From Cyanophora paradoxa CCMP329 (lineage: Eukaryota > Plantae > Glaucophyta), in assembly GCA_004431415.1 (NCBI GenBank), contig QPMI01000095.1:124001-188000 (forward strand): a stretch of DNA of 64,000 nt. Direction: 5' to 3'. The position numbers and the translations under genes are program-made. Shown piece after piece: positions 54,501-64,000 of the stretch. A model generated the notes under the pieces. That model saw only the letters and a list, made by a program, of their open reading frames with translations, made no database searches and had not been told where the DNA came from. Position 1 is the first letter of the stretch. Every line of letters starts with the position of its first letter.

Positions 54501-57500
54501 GCGCCCGCCAGTTGTTAGGCCAAGTCTGCTTGAAGAGGGCAGAGAGTCAAAGCGAACGAGATCTTGGTCCTGATTCGTCAGCCGCTGCAAGGTGCACCCA
54601 TACAGTGTTTCGACCAGAGAGCGGCCGTCCCCCGCAGCCACCGGCCGCAACACCTGTCAGGCGTAAACATACGACGGGCGAGAAAATCGCCGTTGCCAAT
54701 TACACACCCTTGCGAGCTCGGCGCACACACGAAGGCCTTCGGCGCTAACCTTGTAGTAACTGAATGGGAGGTTACTACACCGGTAGGGACACTCGTAAAG
54801 AGAGCCCACCGATCCGCAACGCAGGCGAAGACAGGGGCAGTGAGGGCTTTGAGGTGCGCGCGGAAGGCTGTGGGCGGATGCGATGCAAGCAGGAGGCGAA
54901 CAAAGGCCTGCGCAGTGCTCCAGGTCAGGTGCAGTTCCCGAGTTCTTGCGGAAACGTACAAGGGTCTCGATCTTGAGCGTTGCGTTGCTGGCCTTGTCCT
55001 GCAAAACAGGAAAGGAACTCGCGTCAACGAAAGTCCTCCCCATTGGACAAGACAGCTGCAGGCGGGGTGCACAGCGAAGGAGTACTCGATGCCGGGGACG
55101 ATGATAGCGATGTGCTCGGCCAGAGCGCCGGGAAGCACTTGCACGATCTGGATGGAACAGTTGGCGCGAGAAGAGGGCAATCCGCCCCCCCCCCCCCCCC
55201 CCGCCCCCCGAAAAAAAAGAAATGCACATCGCGGAGGAGCGCGAAGGCGCCCACGCGGCTCTTCAGGCTCTTTGCCTTCAGCTGATTCCTGATCGACTTG
55301 ACGACGTCCCCAACACGCGCCCGCAGCAGGCCCAACGGACTGGGTGGACATGCTTACTGACCCAGGATCGTCAAGGACAGCACACAGACAGAGAGGGCGC
55401 ACGAATTCGGCGAATCGACGGGGGCGCTGGACTTCTTGGCGGCGACAGCAGTCTGCTTCACGAGAGTGCTGAAAGCAGCAAAAATCTCAAGCTGCGAGGG
55501 AAAGGTCTCAACGCGTAAGAAACCGTGAAGGAAGAGGAATGGCCCAGGATTTGCACCTTCACGTTCTCCTCCCGCTCGCGGAACCGCTGGATCAAGACGG
55601 GGGCCACCTGCAGGGCGCGTGAGGGGATGAGGACGGATGGAAAATGCGTGTCAGCTTGCCTGGCCGTAGAACGAGTCGATGAGCTCGAGGCGAGAGGCGA
55701 TGATGGCCTCCAGACACTTAGCACACGCCCGACGCACCTTCCAAGACACGTCCTCATCATCTGCATAGCTTAGAGTCGACGAGGATTTCAAGAACGAGAT
55801 CGAGAGCGGAGGGTTTTACCTGAGTACTCATTATCGTCGTCATCGTCGCCCTCGTCCTCGCCGTCCTCCGACATGGCCTCCCCATCGTCGTCCTCGCCAG
55901 CATCCTGCACCACATCAGACGGCCGGCGCACCAACCATCGCGAACCCGGCTACCTGATAGTTGGGGTCGTGGCGAACGTACTTGAGGCAAAGCTGGACGA
56001 TTCGCTGCACGTGCGGCGTGACCTCCTTGGCGCAGCGTTGCACGAAGGACTCGAGCGCCTGCCACAAGTAAGATGTCGGCGAGGGGCACCCGGGGCATAT
56101 ATCGTGCCTGGAGACAGTTTTCGCGAAGCTCATCGTCGGACGCCTTTTCGTCATCGCAGTATCGGATGAAGAGCGGAACGATACGCTCGAGATGCTTGCC
56201 GAGCCGATAGCCCACTGTCCGGCTCACCTGGTATTTCGTCAGCAGGGCACCAGTGGGTTCAGAAAGAACACATCCCAGTTACCGCGCCCATAGTCTGGAT
56301 GTATGTGCGCATCACCTCCCCCTTGCTCTTTTGAACCTGAGGAGAGGACAAGGATTCGCAAAAATGCGAGGGAGCACAGGCGCGAGTGTACTAAGATGGC
56401 GTGCCTGGTCTAGCAGGTGTTCCACAACATGCGACAGGAGTCTCTCGGGAATCGACATGGCCAGACTCGCTGCAGATCCGATCACACGGGCAATGAGCAA
56501 AATCACAACGAAAGAAGAAGTTACCAACGCAAACAAGCGCCTTCTTTCGCACGGAGGGCTGTAACGCTTTTAGGAATCGCTGGCCTGCATCAAAGGAAAG
56601 CAACGGACCTTGGCATGAGCCAGAAGCGGCAGGGTGGCGTCCTTGACGGCGAGTCAGTCGTTCGGCAATAATGAGAGAAAGAACGAAAAAAGGAACAGCG
56701 CAATGCAGCAGACCTTGATGTTGTCATGGTCGTGCGCCATTAGAGAACCAAAGCGTTTGAGGAGGTCGTTAAGAATCTCAAGACATTCTAATTTCACTTC
56801 GGTTGCTTCGTCCTGCCGTGGCAGAGTTTAAGGAGCGAACCAACGCACTCCTGGTCGTACAGTCGGGGAGCATTCAGCGCACCTGGCGAATGCCGGAGAG
56901 GAGCTTCGGGACGAGGCGTTTGGCGACGCAGTGCGCGACAGTGTTCGCAGGAAGCTCGTTGATGACAGTCTTCAGCCCGATGCTGCTGATGTCGCGCTGC
57001 TCCTCCTTGCCCTTGAGAAGATGCGTGCACAGCGTGTCGACGATCTCTTCCACTTGGCTCTCGTGCACCTTCTTCACCAGGGGTGACAAGCTGGCCCGCA
57101 AGTGAACGCAGCGCAACACGGACGTACGCTTCAACACATACCACTTCACAGCAAGGCCCTGGATATCTCCTGAAGAATCTTCAAGCTGCTTCAACAGCGT
57201 AACACATATCTTGCGCTCGCCGTCGGCGTCCATCTTGAAGGTGTCCTGCGCAGGAGAGTCCGGTCATTCGCGGGCAGCGCGGCGGCGCAGCGCCATTGTG
57301 CACTTTTTGCAGCTCGCCGAGCAGGTCGGACGTCGCCATGTACCGGAAGTCCTTGTCCCTCGACCCCATCTGCGCCGGGGTCAGCGGCGCGAGACATCGA
57401 CGTCAAGCGTATCTCGGGAAGGCTGGACGGGGCGCGTACGCGCCGCGTACATTCGCGGCGCAATGTACACGGGCGGCGAGCCTCCCGCGTTGCTCGCAGG

Positions 57501-57551
57501 GTGCGACGTGCGTACCTTCTCGAGGATGGAGGAAACAGCGAACGTCGACAT
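51546..57551 (-). CDS. CAND1: Cullin-associated NEDD8-dissociated protein 1, multi-exon
   Basis: SILEK|MGSRDKDFRYMATSDLLGEL, RDISSIGLKTVINELP, DDEDVSWKVRRACAKCL, RFREREENVK, RMRNEITRLTAVK, EEGVRNVVAECLGKL, LIRQVDLGPFKH|VDDGLEIRKAAFECM; ends DHMDIS*. Confidence 0.95.
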
Positions 57552-57707
57552 CGCGCCTGCTGTGACGTCTCCTCCGATGGCGTCCAGCCGGAGTGCACTG
57601 CTCGGGTACGATGGAAGGATGGGGATACAGTCACAATTAGGATGTTTAAATTTCGGCGCGCATTAGAATCACAGATCTAGAGCGGCGTGTGCGCGGTTCC
57701 GGAGCCG

Positions 57708-60700
57708 ATGGCGGCGGCAGTGACGGACGTCAGCGTCGGAGAGCTGAAGTCGCGTGTGTACGGTTCGCTGCGAAGTGCCGGCGTCCTCGATGCGCTGAAG
57801 GTGCCGCGCCCGTGTGCGATTTCCTCTCTTCCCTGCTAACGTCCCGGGCAGACGCAGCTGAGGTCGCAAGTGCTGCGCGAGCTGCGCAAGCACTCGGGGG
57901 ACAGCGTGTTGGAGGCTGGTGAACCGGCGCGGCGGGAGAACCCGTTCACCCTCTGGCAGCGCGGCGTCAACCTCTTGATCGCCGAGTACCTGCGGCTCAG
58001 CGAGTACTCGTTCACTCTCTCGGTCTTCTTGCCGGAGAGTGGGGCTGGCAGCGAGTATGCTCTAGCAAGAGACGACGTCCTCCGGCTCCTCCGATTGAAC
58101 CCGCGAGGAGGCCGGATCCAACGCATCGCACAGGTCCCCGCGTGCAGTCTTCTGCACTTCGCGCAGTCGCGCGCTAATCGTATGCATCAGGAGACCGGCA
58201 GGCCGCAGTCTCCGGAGCATGCGATGATCTTCCAGCTGTTGGATATCCTCGCTGGCCCCGAGGCATCCCGAGTCGTGGAGACGGCCACGCAGACCAGCGA
58301 GGACTCCGGAATTTCTGAGCCCCTTGGTGCGCGCAGAGAGGTCATCAATCCGCTTCGCGGTGATGGTTTTTCGGGGCCCAGACTTGAAGCTTCGCCGCGT
58401 GGACGATGCTGCCCAGAACGAGGGCGAGAAGATATCCGTGGCGACGCTCGAGGAACGAATGGCGCGCTATCAGCGGCAGGTGGATGAGCAGTCGGAGGCT
58501 GAGATCCAGGCCAGGGTTCGCATATTTCGCGCGAAACCTTTGCCGCATTGTGGATCCCCGTTGATAGGTCGAACGAATCCGAGAGATCGAGATTGCACGC
58601 ATGCGGAGCGAAGAGCAGGCTCGGATGCGGCACGAGCTGCTGGCTACACGAGAAGAGCTTGAGCGTGGCGTGCAGGAACGGCTCCAGCAACTACGGGCGC
58701 AGGAAACAGAGCTAGAAAAGCGTTTCTCGCGCCGCCAGCAGGTCTCTCTTGTCGAAGTATTGGCAAAACATCACTGAGTTCTCCGCAGGAGCTGGAAACA
58801 TCCCTTTTCGAACAGCGGCAAAGGCTGATGGGCGAGCTTGAGCGCCTTCGAGCTCAAGAGGATGATGCAAAGCGTGCTGCAGCTGTGAGCGGCTGGTGCT
58901 TTTGCTTGTCGTGTGCACGCCTAACGGCCCGCAGCTGGCCGACCGAGCAGTGAAGCTACGAGAGGACCACGCACGAGAGAAAGAAGAGCGTGCAGCACAG
59001 GTACAGAAAAGGAAGCGCCGAAATTATTTTTGAATCTCGATTAATAGCCTGCTTAGGCGGTTGCCGAGGCGGAAAAACTCCGCGAGCGGCTGCTGCACGA
59101 GGCGGCAGAAGCACGCCTGAGGTCAACATCACGCACTGTCAGCGCTGGACAAGTTCGCTAAGTTCCGCCCACCGCAGAGCAAAGCAAGCAGCGGACGATG
59201 CCTACACCACGCGCCTTGCGGAGGTGGATCGACGCATGCATGCTTTGGCAGGCACGTGCAGATGAGCGAAATTAAATGCAGCACTCACGGATGGCAGACT
59301 TGGAGGAGCGCCTCCAGCGCGAACGGGATGCTCACGCAGTGCTGGTGGCTGGTGCAACTGAGGCCCGAGCGGCACTCGCTTCTGCAGAGCGGGAGCTGGG
59401 GCTTGCTCGTTTGCGAAATGAAAGCCTGGCCTCAGAGCTTGCAGCTGTGCGTGGGGAAGTCAAGGCAGTCATGGACGCAGCTGTGGCTGATAAGACGGCT
59501 GCTGCACGGCTCTCTGTAGAAAATGCAGCCTATGCTCAGGAAGCGGCTGACCTTCGCGCGTGCGTCGGCCTTCCTTGCCTGGGCCTTAGGATCTCATCAC
59601 ACCCTTGCAGGTCCCTGGCAGGCGAGCGGCAAGCTGGACGAGAGCGTGAGGCTACACTGCAAGCGAGAATCACCGACCTCACCTCGCGGTTGGAAGAGGC
59701 TTCACGGGCTCTACATGAAGAGCGTGCTTCTCGCGCAGTGCACACTCCTGATTGCTTCATCTTCATGGGCTGTTCCTTACTGTGATCTGCAGATGCAAGC
59801 GGAACAGTGGCGTGAAGAAGGAAAGAAGTATGCTGCAGAACGGCAAGCTCTTCGCCGTGCTGAAGCAGAACTGCTGCGAGAGCGAGCCTCTCTGGCTGCA
59901 AAAATTGATGCTGATGTAAGTTTTGTGACTGAGGTTGCACCATTAGCTGATGGATTGTAGGGAGACACCCTCGAGGAATTGAAACGTCAGGTGGAAGACA
60001 GTTCCATCGAGGTGCGCAGCCAGCAAAATTGGCTGAGCGAAGGTTCGAAATCCACGCAGATCAAAGCTTTGCAGCGGGAACTGCAAGATGCTAGACGATC
60101 ACAGGCATCGGCTCAGTCTGGTGAGTTTTCCCTCGAATCAATTTCAGAATGTTCTTTGCTGATTTGGGTATGGCATCTGCAGCGCTTGAGGCCACTACGC
60201 AACTGAGTGAGCGCCTCAAGAACGAGCTCGTTGCTGCCCAAGAGTGCGATGTGCCCACTCTTTCTTGAGTCAGGGGTGTCTTCTTATCATGCGTTTGCCA
60301 GAATGTATCTTTCAGCGGATATTCGGCGATCGTCTCGATCAACAGGGAACAGCAGGCATCACCTCGCAACACCTGCGCCAGGCCCCCACTCTGCCCATCC
60401 CGGAAATTCCCTCCTTCGGGGGATTGCGCAGCAGACGCAGCTTGCTTCGCAGCCAATCACTCCAAAGCCCGGATTGGTGCCCGTTTGGACTGCCAAGCAC
60501 TCTCTCATCCGCACTGAAATGCGGCACAGGATCTTGGTGTCCCATCACAAGGACTACTGGATGCAGGGTCTTTGGCCTTTGCTGCTAGGGAGCAGCGTGG
60601 CCGGGACGAGCGTGTGAGAGTGGAGCTCGAGCACACTCTTCGAGAGGTGACGCAACTGGAGGCAGAAGACCAGGTGGGGTTTTCTTTCTCGTGTTTGGGG

Positions 60701-63331
60701 GGGGCAAGTGAAACGTTCTCTCATGAGGAAATATATAGGCTGTACGAGATGCCTCTGAACGACTTCGCCGCAAACTTCTAGAGGACCGCACCACAGCCTT
60801 GCGCACCTCGCTTGGCCTCGGCCCGCGCCAATCGTCCAATCGCATGACTTCTCGATCATGCTCTCGCTCCCCATCGTGCTCCCATTCTCGCCATCGTTCT
60901 CATCGCCATCAGCATCGTCGCCGGTCGAAGTCACGCTCACATGAACGACATCACATGCATCGATCGAGACGCAGCAAATCCCCATCTATGTCACCGTCAT
61001 CATCTTCCTCCTCCAGTGAGAGATCAAGAAGCCTTTCGTCAAGTCCCCTGACGTGCGAACCTGCTGGTTGCTTTTTGCCCTACTTTGCAGCTGTTCTCGG
61101 CCCTGAAAGCCCGATGACCAGGCCACCTCATCAAGATCATCGAAGAGCGAATGCTTCAACCAAGAAGCGATCCGATGTTAAGGGGGAAATTCGTGCAACA
61201 GAAAAAGGCACCCATCATCAAGGTCAGGCGTATTCCAAGGATTCGTTGCCTGGCAATTAGCTGTGCCGTCTTCCATCGGTTCTTTCTCATTCCTGAACTC
61301 TTTCACACAGCATCAATGCAACGAAATGAGTCCGGTGGAGTCCAGTCTCCCCGGGAGCTGGCTAGCGCTTGGGCATCCCGAAGTGCTTTCCCCATGCATG
61401 CTGTCCCAGCTGCACAGCAGCCAGCAAGTCGGCGTGTTTCCCCGGTCAGAGAGCATCATGAAGATGGTGCTCGAGGTCAGAAAGCACAGCTGCATGAGCC
61501 ATTTCAGAGGGCACGTCCAGCTGGAGGAGTTGTTGTGACATCTATCGTTGCTGCTGTACAAAACCACCCTGGGGAACACGCTTCTAAAGAGCGATGGGCT
61601 GATTTGCAAGTTCTTCCATCTGCTTCTGCGGCAACAACTCGCTCTGAGCAGAGCGCCAATGCCCTGGATGTCCCTCTGCCAGAGATTCTTCCTGGTGGTG
61701 CGCAAGTTCTTCGTCTTGAGGCTGTGGACAGTGAAGAGGAGCATAGTGCTCTGCATGGCGAAGAACACATTGCCCCTGCTAGGCATGACCATCCGGGGAC
61801 TGCACATGAGCTCCCACTTCAGACACCAAAGGTGGACTCAGTCATGGTGTGTGGGCACAGGGTGGTCATTGATGTCCAGCTGATTTTCGACAGATCGAGC
61901 AGAAGGACACTTGGAGTAGCTTCTCAGCCTCACAGCCCATTTTTCCAGAGGTGATGATTTGTGCCTTCTTGTTGCTTTTGTGCCTTCTCGAGGGATACTT
62001 CTGAATGACATTGCCAGGATGAACGGACTGCTTCTGCGGAAAAAGTAGCCCCCGAAAGATTGGAAGCTCATATGGATGTCAGCTGCTTGGACAACATGGC
62101 AGCTGCAACACAAGAACCGATGGCATCCACAGATCTAGAGCAACAACCAGCTGCAGCAAGGCAAGAAATTGAGAAGCCTGAAGAGTTACAGCCGCACCAA
62201 GATCTGGAAGAATTGGTTGATGCACAACAGGAAAGCAAACCACAAACTGTGCCGGGGCCACGGGACAAGAATGAGCTTCGCGAGCTCAAAGATGTGAATT
62301 CTTCTGTGGAGCAGGATGATGAGGGCGTGGGCAAGGAAAGGCAACCTGTAGAGGTGGATGGATTCTCTTTCACCTGTGCAATTTCTTTCTGACACGATGT
62401 AGCAGGTGGAGAAAAAGGATCTGGTGCCTGAATCGGTAAGTGATCGCTTTAGGGTTTTGTGTCTCGTCTTAGCCCGCCCAGGAACACCACGAGTTGGAAG
62501 GAGCCAAAGATGCTGCAATCCTCCACCTGCGAGTGTGCTTGAATCAGCCAGTGTTTGTTTCTTGTTTGAGTGCCTTACGAGACTATCATCGCCAGGAGCG
62601 AGACCGCCAACTGCAGGAGATGGCAGAACTCGAGGCCGAGATGCGGCGACAACGTGAAGATCGAGATCGCCGCCGCCGGGAAGCTGAAGAAGAGGCATGT
62701 CGTTTTTTCCCCTTGCATGGGCTTTGTTCTCTGATCATTTGCAGGATCGGGCAAGACGGGAGATGGAGAGTATTGCACGGCGGGAGGCAGAGAGGCTGGC
62801 GGAAGCAGTGCGTCAGAACTCTCCTCCTGTTGGTTGATACCTAAGAAACGTCTCAGGAGCGTGAGGCGAAGGCAAGAGAAGAGCAGCTTCTGCGAGAGGC
62901 AGACGAGAGGGAGCGGAAAGAGCAAGAAATGCGTGAAGTAGAAGCAACCCTGGCCCAGTATCTCGCAGTGAGTATCGAGGATGTGATGTCTTTGCCTCTT
63001 TTCTGAATCTCGCTCAGCAACGGAGGCGTGGGACGGAAGACGACGAGGGAATTGTTTCGGCTCCTGCTGTTGGCGAAGACCTTGCAGAGCGCAGCACAGA
63101 AATGTCAGAGCACACGGCAATCTCTGCGAACTCCAGTGGACTGGACGACCAAGCAGTGCCGCCATTGGCATCTTCTTCAGCACCGCAAGCTGCATCATCG
63201 AGTCCATCTGCTGCGGGGCTTGAGGACTCCACAGGAGCGATATCGTGAGCTCTTTTATGTCGTACATTCCCTGACTCTTTTATAAAGTACCACGCAGAAT
63301 CAAGAGCTTTGGCAGTGACGAAGCCTGGTAG
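57708..63331 (+). CDS. OFD1: OFD1-like centriolar protein (LisH plus long coiled coils), multi-exon
   Basis: ELKSRVYGSLRSAGVLDALK|TQLRSQVLREL, NLLIAEYLRLSEYSFTLSVFLPESG (LisH), LEERMARYQR..IREIEIARMRSEE. The 3' end (SDEAW*) is inferred. Confidence 0.78.
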
Positions 63332-63830
63332 CATTGTGTTTCAGATGCGACCCATGACAAGGCGAGCCGTAGCTGTAGGGCCTCCATGCAGAGACAAAGC
63401 CCTAACTTCCTGACCTGACTTGCGGCAGTGCTCCCTAAGACCAGACAGGGCACGCGGGGAGACTGAAGGGCCCCGGGGTCGGAACTGTCTAACCGAAATC
63501 GAAGTCCATATCTCTTGCTCTACCAGGCGGTGCATGGGCCTTGTGCGGTGGCGCCCTTCGCAAGAAAAGCAGTGAGATTGTTATATCTAAAATTCAGGAC
63601 ATATCCGGCGTGTGAGCCATGCGCGTGTCTGCATTTCAAATATACACACGCGTTATCTGGACTAGCCCTGTAGCTGTTCGGACTAGCAGTGTACGCTGAG
63701 CAATCATACGGGCTCTCTCTGATAGGCAACTCGACGTCGAGATCGAAGTCGAAACAGAGGGGTCGAAATGGAAATCTAAGCCTTCTGTTGCTCTACAGGA
63801 TCCCGGACTAGGCGTGGTCGAGGTGCGTTT

Positions 63831-63895
63831 AGAGGTCTCGAAATCCAAATCAAGGCCCAAGTGCGTTATAATTAAGAGGTCTCGAAATCCAAATC
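63831..63895. repeat. 21-bp direct repeat AGAGGTCTCGAAATCCAAATC, two copies
   Basis: Exact copies at 63831-63851 and 63875-63895, both preceded by GTGCGTT; a partial ATCCAAATC copy follows near 63921. Confidence 0.88.
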
Positions 63896-64000
63896 GTCAT
63901 GATCAGAGGCTCATGATCAGATCCAAATCAAAGCTTAAGCCCCCCGCGACCGAGGTCAGCTGCTTCACTCTCCCCCCAAACCAGGCGTATATCGATAGCA

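Noticed and set aside
1-64000. tRNA, rRNA or snRNA genes
   Set aside because: None recognised by eye; a tRNAscan-SE or Infernal run would be needed to exclude them.

Overview
Gene-dense, intron-rich nuclear DNA of a photosynthetic, flagellated eukaryote with a primary plastid. The Phe-containing transit peptides (MQAFV, GAFV, MAF) and short GC-rich introns suggest a glaucophyte such as Cyanophora, but this is inference. Most long ORFs in the supplied track are GC-driven artefacts, so genes were rebuilt by hand across introns. Host genes, left to right: SOSS-B/NABP (partial), plastid ArsS radical SAM, a CBM20 protein, plastid EcfT/CbiQ, TAF9, an RRM-R3H protein, a mitochondrial oxoglutarate/dicarboxylate carrier, a BchH/ChlH2-type Mg-chelatase H, a TRP-C-like membrane protein, a CCCH zinc-finger gene, a kelch/coiled-coil gene, a plastid ParB/sulfiredoxin-like gene, a U2AF65-like gene lacking RRM2, FBF1-like, CAND1 and OFD1-like. 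The standout is an AT-rich, intronless island at about 26.6-32.06 kb that looks like an endogenous viral fragment. It holds four paralogous fibre-like genes that share an N-terminal domain but carry two different head types (two C1q, two of another type), a small phage-like partner gene, and an inverted HNH-AP2 endonuclease, all with intact frames. A second theme is unusual splicing: many GC-AG introns, and G-rich rather than pyrimidine-rich 3' intron tracts. Several unexplained non-coding repeats and fold-back palindromes are also present. Exon boundaries and GC levels were judged by eye.
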